Origin: Acidimicrobiia bacterium
GTDB lineage: Bacteria; Actinomycetota; Acidimicrobiia; IMCC26256; JAENVU01
DNA length: 61,698 bases
Direction: 5' to 3'
NCBI GenBank assembly: GCA_031430375.1
Contig: JANPBJ010000183.1
Coordinates: forward strand, 1-61,698
Each line of letters starts with the position of its first letter. Position 1 is the first letter of the stretch. The notes beneath the pieces were generated by a model. The model did no database searches, was not told the origin of the DNA, and saw only the letters and a program-made list of their open reading frames with translations. Below are positions 19,725-28,928 of the stretch, piece after piece. The translations under genes and the position numbers were made by a program.

Positions 19725-22700
19725 CCCCGGTGGAACTCATCGATGATGCGGCCCGCAATCGTATTTCTCGCGATGGCCTCGACGAGTTGCTCTTCGTGGA
19801 GGCCGGCGCGGGCACGGGGAAAACGAAGCAGTTGGTGGATCGCGTCGTGGCGCTGGTGCTGGACCGCGGCGTCCCGATGCGCGACATCGCGGCGATCACC
19901 TTCACCGAGGCGGCGGCGAGTGAACTGCGGTCGCGCGTGCGAGAGGCGTTCGAACGCCGTTTGCACGACGCGGGCCACACCGTCGGCTCGGCCCCATTGG
20001 CTGGGGACGCGAGTCGCGAAGCCGAGGGCAATCAATGTGAAGCCGCGCTGGCCGATCTCGACGGTGCGGCGATCGGAACCGTGCATAGTTTTGCTCAGCG
20101 GATCCTGTCCGAGCATCCGATCGAGGCCGGACTCCCACCCATGGTCGAGGTACTCGATGAAGTAGAGAGCCTGCTCGAGTTCGAAGGGCGTTGGCAGGAG
20201 CACGTGGACCGTATGTTCGCGGCACCGGATCTGAGTGCGGTCCTCGCTTTGGCCCGGACCCTCGGAATTCGAGTCGACGATGACCGGCTGGCGTCATTGC
20301 GCGATGTGGCGGTGAACTTCAGCGACAACTGGGATCGGCTTTCGCTCATCGCGCAAACGCCGGTGGAGTTGCCGCGTATCGATCGTGAACCCGCTCGGGC
20401 CGCCACCGGCGCCGTCGTCATGCTGCTCGAGCAGTGCGCGGCTATCGATCACGACTCACTGGCCCAGCATGTGCTGGCCCGCGCCGGTGAGATCGCGTAC
20501 GCGCTCCACACGCTTGGCTCGGGCACTGATCGCGCGGTGCTTCGTGTGGTGGACGCCAAAAGGAACTGGAAGATGGGGAACAAGGGTCAGGCCGCGAATT
20601 GGGGTGGCAAGGAGGGGAAAGCGGCAGTGGTCCACACCCTCGCCGCGGCCGACGACGCATTCCTTGCATTGAAACAGGACATGGCCGACCGCGTGCTGGT
20701 GGTGTTGGCCGGGGAAGTCGCCCGCTTCACCATTCGGGCGGCCCGAGAACGTCAGCGAGAAGGTCGCCTCGAGTTTCATGATCTCCTCGTGCTCGCCCAG
20801 CGCCTGTTGCGCAACTCTCCGGAGGCTCGAGGGGCGCTGAACCGTCGGTATCGCCGTCTTCTGGTGGACGAATTCCAGGACACCGACCCCATCCAGATCG
20901 AACTCGCCACCCTGATCGCCGCGTCGGTCGAACCGGTGGATGACGCAAGCGGCGCCGCGGTCTTGCCTCTGGGGACATGGACCGAGCTCGACGTTGAACC
21001 GGAGCGATTGTTCTTCGTGGGGGATCCCAAACAGTCGATCTACCGATTCCGGCGCGCCGACATTGAACTGTTCCTCGCGGCGCGTGACCGGTTCGCGGGT
21101 GAGTCGGTTCGGCTCACCACCAACTTCCGCACCGTTTCTCCGATCCTCGATTGGGTGAATCACGCCTTCGGCGCGCTGATGGCCCACGAAGTCCCGGGCC
21201 GTCAGCCGCGGTACGAGCCTCTGGCGGGGCACCGGGGTGATGGGCCGAGTGATCACCGAGTGGTCGCGGTCGGTGGACAGCATGCGAAGGAGGAGAAGCT
21301 CAGGGCCGGACCGTTGCGCGAGATCGAGGCCGGGTCAGTCGCGGATGCCGTCGCCGGGATCTTGTTGGACCCGCAGCGTTGGCCAGTAGAGGATGCCGAC
21401 GGTTGGCGCGCGGCGCGTCCGGAGGACATCGCGATCCTCGTTCCCACGCGCACGTCGCTCCCGATCCTGATGGACGCGTTGCGGGATCGAGGCGTGGAGT
21501 TCCGCGCCGAGACCGGAACGCTCGTCTATGAAACTCAGGAGTTGCGCGACCTGTTGGCGATTCTGCGCGCGGTGGCTCACGGCGCCGACGCCGTTGCCCT
21601 GGTGGCGGCGCTGCGATCACCGATCCTCGCGTGTGGAGATGACGATCTCGTCACCTATCACCACGCCGGCGGTCGGTGGGACCTGGAAGCGTCATGCCCT
21701 GAACTTCCCGACGATCATCCGGTGCTCGTGGCGATGCAGTATCTCGCTGGTTTGCGAGCGGAGCGGTGGTGGACATCGCCGAGTGAGATGTTGGAACGCG
21801 TCGTGGCCGATCGACGCGTGTTGGCACTCGCGTTGGGAACGCCGCGCGCTCGCGACGTGTGGCGGCGAGTTCGGTTCCTCACCGATCAAGCGCGGCTGTA
21901 CGAGGCCTCGCAGTCCGGCGATCTGGTTGGGTTCGTGGCGTGGGCCGACCTGCAACGGTCGGGCGCGGCTCGGGTCCACGAGCCTTTGCTCCCCGAGGCC
22001 GACGACCATGCCGTGCGGATCATGACGATCCACGGTGCCAAGGGCCTGGAGTTCCCGATCACGGTCTTGTCAGGGCTGACGACGCAGCTCGGCCGGCGCC
22101 GACCGGGTCTTCAAATCCACTGGAGCGAGGACACCGTCGAACTGTCGACCAAGAAGGGTGTGCAAACTGCCGCCTTCGACCGTCGTGCGGATCTCGAAGC
22201 CGAGATGGACGACGAGGAGAAGCTCCGGCTCTTCTACGTTGCGTGCACCCGCGCTCGGGATCACCTCATAGTGGCGATGCATCACATTGAGGGCACGAAG
22301 TCCTTCGCTCAGATCGCATGGGACACCTCCCAGACGGCACCGCCGAGTTCGTGGCGGGCTGCACCACTGGAAGCGGAGCCGGTGGTTCGCCAGGCCTCGC
22401 CGATGAGCCCGGCCCCTGTCGTTGCGGATCTCGCGGCTCGCGCCCAGTGGATAGTCCAGCGGGAGGCGTTGCTGGCCACAGGACGCGCAACTCGGACGTA
22501 CTCGGCAACGGAGCTGCGGCGAACGGCAGCCTCAACGGAGTCGGGTGCGGCGCGGCCTGACGGCGTTGCCCATGCCGACCTCGGTAGTGAAGGCCGGATT
22601 GGGGAAGACCCCGTCGGTGACGACGGCCGCGAGGCGTGGCGGCGAGGGCGAGGAGGAACGGCGTTCGGTCGGGCGGTCCACGCTGTGCTCCAGAACACTG

Positions 22701-23173
22701 ACCTCGCAACCGGACGCGATGTCGACGCGCTGGCGGTAGTAGCCGCGCACCTCGAGGGGCTGGCCGATCACGCCGATGAAGTCGCGGCCGCGGTCCGATC
22801 TGTGCTCGACGCCCCCACCGTTCGTCAAGCCGCGGCCGGAGAGTCATTCCGCGAGATGTACGTTGCCGCGCCAGTGGAGGATCGGGTCATCGAGGGGTAC
22901 ATCGATCTGTTGGTTCGCGCCCCCGATGGCCTGGTGGTCGTGGACTACAAGACCGATGCTGGGACGAGCGCAGATGCCATCGACGGTCTCGTCGAGGAAT
23001 ACCGGCTCCAGCTGGCGGCCTACGCGCTCGCCGTCGAGATCACGACCGGCCAACGTGTTATCGCGGGCGTCTTGGTGTTCGCGGGGTCAGCGGACCGGGC
23101 GGCGATCGAGCGCAGGATCGTGGGGAGTGAGCTGGGAATTCCCGAGGTGCGGTCGATCCTCCGCTCGCACTAA
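19721..23173 (+). CDS. addA: AddA/AdnB-like UvrD-family helicase plus RecB-type nuclease
   Basis: EAGAGTGKT, ITFT, LVDEFQDT, VGDPKQSIYRFR, TIHGAKGLEF, YVACTRA; nuclease motifs GYIDL..VVDYKT and QLAAY. Confidence 0.88.
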   Translation: MTPVELIDDAARNRISRDGLDELLFVEAGAGTGKTKQLVDRVVALVLDRGVPMRDIAAITFTEAAASELRSRVREAFERRLHDAGHTVGSAPLAGDASREAEGNQCEAALADLDGAAIGTVHSFAQRILSEHPIEAGLPPMVEVLDEVESLLEFEGRWQEHVDRMFAAPDLSAVLALARTLGIRVDDDRLASLRDVAVNFSDNWDRLSLIAQTPVELPRIDREPARAATGAVVMLLEQCAAIDHDSLAQHVLARAGEIAYALHTLGSGTDRAVLRVVDAKRNWKMGNKGQAANWGGKEGKAAVVHTLAAADDAFLALKQDMADRVLVVLAGEVARFTIRAARERQREGRLEFHDLLVLAQRLLRNSPEARGALNRRYRRLLVDEFQDTDPIQIELATLIAASVEPVDDASGAAVLPLGTWTELDVEPERLFFVGDPKQSIYRFRRADIELFLAARDRFAGESVRLTTNFRTVSPILDWVNHAFGALMAHEVPGRQPRYEPLAGHRGDGPSDHRVVAVGGQHAKEEKLRAGPLREIEAGSVADAVAGILLDPQRWPVEDADGWRAARPEDIAILVPTRTSLPILMDALRDRGVEFRAETGTLVYETQELRDLLAILRAVAHGADAVALVAALRSPILACGDDDLVTYHHAGGRWDLEASCPELPDDHPVLVAMQYLAGLRAERWWTSPSEMLERVVADRRVLALALGTPRARDVWRRVRFLTDQARLYEASQSGDLVGFVAWADLQRSGAARVHEPLLPEADDHAVRIMTIHGAKGLEFPITVLSGLTTQLGRRRPGLQIHWSEDTVELSTKKGVQTAAFDRRADLEAEMDDEEKLRLFYVACTRARDHLIVAMHHIEGTKSFAQIAWDTSQTAPPSSWRAAPLEAEPVVRQASPMSPAPVVADLAARAQWIVQREALLATGRATRTYSATELRRTAASTESGAARPDGVAHADLGSEGRIGEDPVGDDGREAWRRGRGGTAFGRAVHAVLQNTDLATGRDVDALAVVAAHLEGLADHADEVAAAVRSVLDAPTVRQAAAGESFREMYVAAPVEDRVIEGYIDLLVRAPDGLVVVDYKTDAGTSADAIDGLVEEYRLQLAAYALAVEITTGQRVIAGVLVFAGSADRAAIERRIVGSELGIPEVRSILRSH

Positions 23174-23224
23174 CGGCGGCGTGACCCAGTGTGGCGGTCT
23201 AAATGTGCGATCCTGGACGTCCCC

Positions 23225-25309
23225 ATGCACCGATTCAACCGGCTCGTCCGGCTCATGTCGATTCTTGTCCTCGGTGGATTGACCCTCGGAGTTTGTTTCG
23301 TCGCGCTCACCCCCGGGGTCGAAACCTTGGCGGCCAGCGCCCGGTACTCCGGCTCGGTCGGCCCCCAACTTCGGGTGCTCGAGGACCCGACGATCCTCTA
23401 CGACATGAACGGAGCGGCGTACGACCGGCTCGGTGACCTTGACCGCCAGCCGGTACGCCTCTCAGAAGTTCCGAGGTTGGTGCGGGACGCGATCATCTCC
23501 ACCGAGGATCGCACGTTCTATTCCAACGCCGGCATCGACCTGCGTTCGACGGTTCGGGCGTTGGTCTCGAATGTTGACGCCGGCGGCGTTGAGCAAGGTG
23601 GCTCCACGATCACACAGCAGCTGATCAAGAACCGCTACTTCAAGAATCCACGACGCAATCTTGATCGCAAGATCCGTGAGGCGGTTCTCGCCAACCGGCT
23701 GACCACCGAATGGTCGAAGGATCGGATTCTCGAGGAGTATCTCAACACGGTGTATTTCGGTGAGAACTCCTACGGCGTGAAGGCCGCGGCGGAACGGATC
23801 GTCGGAAAGCCACTGAGTGCCCTGGGACTCGGGGAGGCTGCGCTCCTCGCAGGAAGCATCGCGAACCCCACGGCCTTCAATCGCTTCGACCATCCTGACG
23901 CGGCTCGTCGGCGTCGAGATGAGGTTGTGCGCCGGATGCGCGAACAGCGTCGGATCACCAGGCTCGAGTCCAACTTCGTTCGCGCCAGCGGACTGCCGGA
24001 GTCCGCTCGTCCGACGAGTCAGTTGAGCGCGCACGGACCCTATGGCGAGGAAGTCCTCAGCGTGTTGAAGACCCTCCCCGAGCTCGGCGCCGACGTTGAA
24101 CAGCGCACCCGGTCGATCTTCTCCAATGGGCTGCGGGTCTATACCGAGTTCGACCCACGGCTGACCTCGATCGCGTATGAGATGGTGAACAGTGTGATCA
24201 AGCCGTCGTTCGGTCCCTACCGTGCCGCCATGGCAGTGATGGATCCGCGCACCGGCTCGGTCCGCGCGATTGTGGATGGCAGTTCGGGGGCACAGGGTTA
24301 CAACCTGGCCACCGATGGTCCGGGCCGCAAGGTCGGATCCACGTTCAAGCCCATCACGCTCGCCACCGCGATCGCGAATGGATATTCGCCGAAAGACGCC
24401 GTCGACGGGAGTAGCAATTGCCGCATCACGTATCCCGGTTGGAACTCGGTTCCGCCGTATGTGGCGGAGAACTCCAACGAGAGCAGTGGCGGATTCGCGG
24501 ACCTGTACTCACAGACGAAGAACTCGGTGAACTGTGCCTATCTGCGGCTCATGACGAGTGTGGGACCGCCGAAGGTTCGCGACATGGCGACTCAACTCGG
24601 TTACACCCATGCGGTCGCGCCGAATTTATCGATGGGGATTGGCGAAACGGAGCACACACCGCTCGAGGTCGCCACGGTCTTCAGTACATTCGCCGGTGAC
24701 GGCATCAAGCACGCGCCCGTCTTTGTGCGGCGGGTCGAGGATGCCAGGGGCCGCGTGGTGTACCGAGCGCCCGCCGGGGTACGAGTGCTCAGTACCGAAA
24801 CCGCTCGAACCGTGACCGACGTGATGAGCCACGTCACCGAAGGGACTGCCCCGCGTGCGCGGCTCGCGGACCGCCCGGTCGCCGGCAAGACCGGTACCAC
24901 GGATCGTCAGACCGATGCTTGGTTCGCCGGTTACACGCCGCAGTTGGTCGCCGCGGTGTGGATGGGCAACAAAGACACCGGCAACGTCGACAATGAAGCA
25001 TCGTGGATGGACGATGTCGGAGAGTTCCAGCCCGTGTTCGGCGGGACGTACCCGGCGATCATTTGGCAGAAGTTCATGACCGAGGCGCTGAAGGGTCTGC
25101 CCGTCCTCGAGTTCATTGCCCCGGACGAAACCCTCTGGCCCAAAGCGTCGCGGGTGAACCCTGCAGGCGGCCGCGCCGAGCCTGTGATTTTCCCAGAGCT
25201 TCCCCCCACCTCGACCACGATCCCCACACCGTCCACTTCGGTGCCAGCGCCGGCCACCTCTACGACCACGAGCGCGACGACCACCACGACAACGAAGCCC
25301 GGTCCATAG
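23225..25309 (+). CDS. Class A penicillin-binding protein (transglycosylase/transpeptidase)
   Basis: N-terminal TM; EDRTFY, GSTITQQLIKN, RKIRE, YLN; STFK, SVN, KTGT; Thr/Pro-rich tail. Confidence 0.93.
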   Translation: MHRFNRLVRLMSILVLGGLTLGVCFVALTPGVETLAASARYSGSVGPQLRVLEDPTILYDMNGAAYDRLGDLDRQPVRLSEVPRLVRDAIISTEDRTFYSNAGIDLRSTVRALVSNVDAGGVEQGGSTITQQLIKNRYFKNPRRNLDRKIREAVLANRLTTEWSKDRILEEYLNTVYFGENSYGVKAAAERIVGKPLSALGLGEAALLAGSIANPTAFNRFDHPDAARRRRDEVVRRMREQRRITRLESNFVRASGLPESARPTSQLSAHGPYGEEVLSVLKTLPELGADVEQRTRSIFSNGLRVYTEFDPRLTSIAYEMVNSVIKPSFGPYRAAMAVMDPRTGSVRAIVDGSSGAQGYNLATDGPGRKVGSTFKPITLATAIANGYSPKDAVDGSSNCRITYPGWNSVPPYVAENSNESSGGFADLYSQTKNSVNCAYLRLMTSVGPPKVRDMATQLGYTHAVAPNLSMGIGETEHTPLEVATVFSTFAGDGIKHAPVFVRRVEDARGRVVYRAPAGVRVLSTETARTVTDVMSHVTEGTAPRARLADRPVAGKTGTTDRQTDAWFAGYTPQLVAAVWMGNKDTGNVDNEASWMDDVGEFQPVFGGTYPAIIWQKFMTEALKGLPVLEFIAPDETLWPKASRVNPAGGRAEPVIFPELPPTSTTIPTPSTSVPAPATSTTTSATTTTTTKPGP

Positions 25310-25364
25310 CGCATGAGTGCCGAGAACGCTTGTGTCGGCGGGCGACCGATAGATTCGACGGCTG

Positions 25365-26090
25365 ATGACCACGCCGCTCGAACAGCTCCTCATCGTTCAG
25401 CAGCACGACATCGTGCTCGATCAGCTTCGCCATCGGCGCGAAACCCTCCCGGAACGTGATGTTTTGGTTCGATCGGCGGCCGTGATTCGTGAGGTGCAGG
25501 CGCCCATCGCCGAGACGACCGGGCGCCGAGATGTCGTCAGCCGCGAAGTGCATCGGCTCGAGGATGAAGCAGTCTCGGTGGCGGCAAAAGCGGCCGACGT
25601 GAACCTCGCGATGTACTCCGGCAAGACCACGTCGTCCAAGGAGCTGCAGGCCATGCAGGCCGATCTTGAGCAGCTGCAGCGGCATCAGCGCACGATCGAG
25701 GATCGCGAACTCGAACTGATGGAGCAACAGGAATCCGTCGAGGCCGAGCTCGGACTGTTGGTGGCTCAGGTCGAGGCGGCCGAAGCCGATATCGCCGACG
25801 CGCGTGCGGCCATCGCCCGGCTGGAAGCGGAGATCGACGCCGAGATCGTGGCCGAGGTCTCGGCACGAGGTGGGGCAGCGGTCGGTATCTCGGATGACCT
25901 GCTCACGCTCTACGAAACGTGTCGTGGACGCGCCCGAGGTATTGGTGTTGCACTCTTGGTGGGTCACACCTGCCAAGGATGTCGGCTCACGATCCCGGCC
26001 TCCGAGGTCGAACGTGTTCGGCACGCGGGGCCGGACTCGCCAGTGTCGTATTGCGACAACTGTGGTGCGATCTTGGTGCCGAGCCATTGA
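25365..26090 (+). CDS. Coiled-coil C4 zinc-ribbon protein (Rv2229c/DUF164-like)
   Basis: Long coiled coil followed by CQGC...CDNCGAIL. Confidence 0.88.
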   Translation: MTTPLEQLLIVQQHDIVLDQLRHRRETLPERDVLVRSAAVIREVQAPIAETTGRRDVVSREVHRLEDEAVSVAAKAADVNLAMYSGKTTSSKELQAMQADLEQLQRHQRTIEDRELELMEQQESVEAELGLLVAQVEAAEADIADARAAIARLEAEIDAEIVAEVSARGGAAVGISDDLLTLYETCRGRARGIGVALLVGHTCQGCRLTIPASEVERVRHAGPDSPVSYCDNCGAILVPSH

Positions 26091-26551
26091 CCACTGAGTC
26101 GTTTCCCGGTTTCGAACCGGAGATCAGGACGATCCGGATTTTCTGCGACGGTGGATCACGCGGTAACCCCGGGCCGGCTGGTGTGGGTGCGGTGGTGCTC
26201 GACGCGTCCACCGAACCGGCACGAATTCTCACTACGGTGAGCCGCACGATCGGCATCGCTACCAACAACGTGGCCGAGTACCAAGCCCTGATCGACGGGC
26301 TCGAAGCTGCCGCGGTCTACGGCGCGCCTCGAGTCGAGGTCCGTGCCGATTCCCAGTTGCTCATTCGCCAGCTCGAAGGCCGGTACCGCGTGAAGAACGC
26401 GGGTTTACAGCCACTGTTCGCGCAGGCCCGGGAGTTGCTTCGCCACTACGCCGAGGTGGACCTGTTGCATGTCTATCGCGAGCAGAACGTGGAAGCCGAC
26501 GCGCTCGTCAACGAGGCGCTCGATGCCGCGGCCGCCCCGCCCCGTACCTAG
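26087..26551 (+). CDS. rnhA: Ribonuclease HI (stand-alone)
   Basis: DGGSRGNPG, TNNVAEY, DSQL, N..AD. TTG start overlaps the upstream TGA. Confidence 0.9.
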   Translation: MTTESFPGFEPEIRTIRIFCDGGSRGNPGPAGVGAVVLDASTEPARILTTVSRTIGIATNNVAEYQALIDGLEAAAVYGAPRVEVRADSQLLIRQLEGRYRVKNAGLQPLFAQARELLRHYAEVDLLHVYREQNVEADALVNEALDAAAAPPRT

Positions 26552-26559
26552 GCGCGCCG

Positions 26560-27042
26560 GTGTTCTTCTGGTTCGTCGGCCCGTCGGTCATCGGTATTCA
26601 CGAGGTGTTTCGGAGTCGCGGCCTCGACTATCGGCTGATCGCGCTCGGTTCACTGCTCCCGGTTCTTCTGGATGCGCCCACGGGTCACGTGGGCTTCGGT
26701 CATTCGATCGTGCTGGTCGTGGCTGTGCTCACCCTGGTGATGATGGGAACGATCGGTCGCTCACGGCTCCTGCGCCGGCGGTTGGTGTGTATCCCGATCG
26801 GCTGGTTCTGCGGGCTTGTTCTCTCCGGGGCGTTTCTGCACGACCAGGCGTTTCTCTGGCCGCTCCTCGGCACTGATCCGGGCCACGTGGGGCTGGTGCC
26901 CCCGCCGACCCTGTTGGTCCTCGCGGAGGCATCGGGACTCGCGATCATGGTTTGGTCCGTCGGTCGGTTCGGGCTGAACCGCCCGGGGCCGCGCGCCGCG
27001 TTCTTGGGAACCGGCCGCCTGGTGGAGGCGAAATCGAAATGA
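26560..27042 (+). CDS. Hypothetical membrane protein (possibly related to membrane metal-dependent hydrolases)
   Basis: Several hydrophobic helices, DYRL..LGSLLP, GHS, FLWPL. Coupled to its neighbours. Confidence 0.65.
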   Translation: MFFWFVGPSVIGIHEVFRSRGLDYRLIALGSLLPVLLDAPTGHVGFGHSIVLVVAVLTLVMMGTIGRSRLLRRRLVCIPIGWFCGLVLSGAFLHDQAFLWPLLGTDPGHVGLVPPPTLLVLAEASGLAIMVWSVGRFGLNRPGPRAAFLGTGRLVEAKSK

Positions 27043-27617
27043 TGGTGTGGGTGCGACACGGCGAGACTGCGGCGAACCGCGCTCGGCTCGCGCTCGGGCG
27101 GGCCGATCCGCCGCTTACGGATCGCGGTTGTGACCAGGCGGCGGCGCTGGCTCGTCGGCTTGCTGATTCCGGCGCGGTTCGGATCGTGAGTAGCCCGTTG
27201 CTCCGAGCGCGTGAAACCGCGTCTTCAATCGCCGAGGCGCTTGGGCTCGACGTCGACGTGGATCCTCGGCTTGTGGAGATGGACTACGGCGAGTGGGACG
27301 AGCGCTCGTTCTCGGACTTCCCGCCCGAGGATCTTGCGCGTTGGCGTCGGGACGCCACGTTCGCTCCACCCGGCGGCGAGAGTCTCATCGCAGTGGGGGA
27401 ACGCGTCGCGTCACTGTGTGGAGAACTCATTGGCGATCCGCTCGTGATTGCGGTGAGTCATGTCTCGCCGATCAAGGCCGCCGCGATCTGGGCAATGGAT
27501 GCCGACCCGCTCCTGGCGTGGCGGATGCACCTCGACGTTGCGTCAATCTCACGAATCGGCGTTGCCAACCGCGTCCCGTGCCTCCTCGGCTTCAACGACA
27601 CCAGCCACTTGGGCTGA
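27039..27617 (+). CDS. Histidine phosphatase (PGM/CobC-like)
   Basis: RHGET, SSPLLRA, EMDYGEWD, PGGES, VSH, FNDTSHL. Confidence 0.92.
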   Translation: MMVWVRHGETAANRARLALGRADPPLTDRGCDQAAALARRLADSGAVRIVSSPLLRARETASSIAEALGLDVDVDPRLVEMDYGEWDERSFSDFPPEDLARWRRDATFAPPGGESLIAVGERVASLCGELIGDPLVIAVSHVSPIKAAAIWAMDADPLLAWRMHLDVASISRIGVANRVPCLLGFNDTSHLG

Positions 27618-28928
27618 GCGACGGGTATGGCGCAGGGCCGTCCAGAGGCAGAGCCCGAGTGCGGTCATCACGTACACCGACATCATTGTCGGGCCGAGCA
27701 GCCATTCGAACCCGCTCTTGCCCACCGCCGCGTTGACCGGACTCCATCCGAGCGGGTCCGCGAGTGGGATCAGTATCAGCGTGAGGACGACGGCGCGCAC
27801 CCGCGACGGCCACTCGATCCGATGCGTCGGGCGCGGCCGCGCCAACATCAGTGCGGGGCCCACCAGCAGGAGATAGTCGTAGGGAACGTGGTACACGCTC
27901 GTGAGGATGAAAAGACACGCGAGGGTGATGGCAAGTTCCTCGCGATCGCCATCCGGGTCGCGTCGATGGAGCTTCCACACCACCCAGGCCCCGGCGAGCA
28001 AGACGAGGAGTCCGCAGACCGCCGCGATGTTCTCCGACGGCCGGAGACGAGTGATGCGCACGAATGCGTTCGCCGCGTCGATGCGAAGACCGCTGCCGAG
28101 CCGCGATTGGCTTGATTGGCTCGTGATGCGGGCGCTGTCTTCCCACGACTTCACGAGTTTTCCTACCCCGCCGGCGTTGTCGACAAGGAGTGGCAGCACG
28201 ATCGCACTCAACGCGAGTCCGATCGCCGTTCCCGCGGCGACGACGCGGGCACGTCCGCGAGCGATGAGCAAGACGCAAAGCGGGATGGCGTAGGTGGGCT
28301 TCGACCAGACGACCGCGAGGCTGAGCGCGCCGAGGAGGAATGGAGTTGCCGAGCTCGGAATCATGGGTCGTGGCGCGTCTGGCGCACGACGCTCCACGGC
28401 CCGTAGGACGAAATAGGTGCCGATCACGATCATGAGCGTGGGTTGGCCGGTACGCAGATCGAACCTTCCCGGGTCGCTCAGCAAGATGAGTGTTCCGAGC
28501 CCGAAGACGCTCGCGGTGCGGCATCGGAATCCGGCGAGGCGCAAAGCGGCCGCGGCCAGGCCGAGGATCAACGCGAGGTTCCAGCCGAAGTACACGGCGC
28601 GTGCCGTCGAGAACGAGAACAGCAGTAATGGCGAGTGCAACAGCAGGTGGACCGGCGTGTAGAGCGGGAACTCCTGGCCGACGGGATAGTGCTGGTAGTA
28701 GGAGGTAACCGCATACGGGTTCACGCCGTCGCGAACGGCGACCACGGGGTAGTAGATGGCGTCACGGAAATCGGTGAGCACACCCGCGTCGAGGCGGCTG
28801 GGGGAGATCAGATCCCAGGTGGTGACGGTTAACCAGGTGGCGACCGCTCCGAACGCGATGACTGCGCCCAGTGTCTGTACCCAAAGCGGGACTCGCCGGA
28901 GCGCACGGACGCCCCGGTGCCAAGTCAC
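27549..28928 (-). CDS. GT87/DUF2029-like polytopic glycosyltransferase
   Basis: DF..AIY, GVNPY, YTP, GQ, KP, YH..YD and many TM helices. Confidence 0.75.
   Translation of the reverse strand: MTWHRGVRALRRVPLWVQTLGAVIAFGAVATWLTVTTWDLISPSRLDAGVLTDFRDAIYYPVVAVRDGVNPYAVTSYYQHYPVGQEFPLYTPVHLLLHSPLLLFSFSTARAVYFGWNLALILGLAAAALRLAGFRCRTASVFGLGTLILLSDPGRFDLRTGQPTLMIVIGTYFVLRAVERRAPDAPRPMIPSSATPFLLGALSLAVVWSKPTYAIPLCVLLIARGRARVVAAGTAIGLALSAIVLPLLVDNAGGVGKLVKSWEDSARITSQSSQSRLGSGLRIDAANAFVRITRLRPSENIAAVCGLLVLLAGAWVVWKLHRRDPDGDREELAITLACLFILTSVYHVPYDYLLLVGPALMLARPRPTHRIEWPSRVRAVVLTLILIPLADPLGWSPVNAAVGKSGFEWLLGPTMMSVYVMTALGLCLWTALRHTRRSAQVAGVVEAEEARDAVGNADS

Noticed and set aside
16578-23173. Helicase-nuclease pair as a novel anti-phage system or Cas4 locus
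   Set aside because: The architecture, size and coupling match housekeeping AddAB/AdnAB resection enzymes, and the neighbours are core genes.
25333-25355. PafBC-type promoter before the Zn-ribbon/RNase H operon (TGTCGG...TAGATT)
   Set aside because: The spacer is 11 nt rather than 10, and TGTCGG is frequent in GC-rich DNA. It is kept only as a -10 element.
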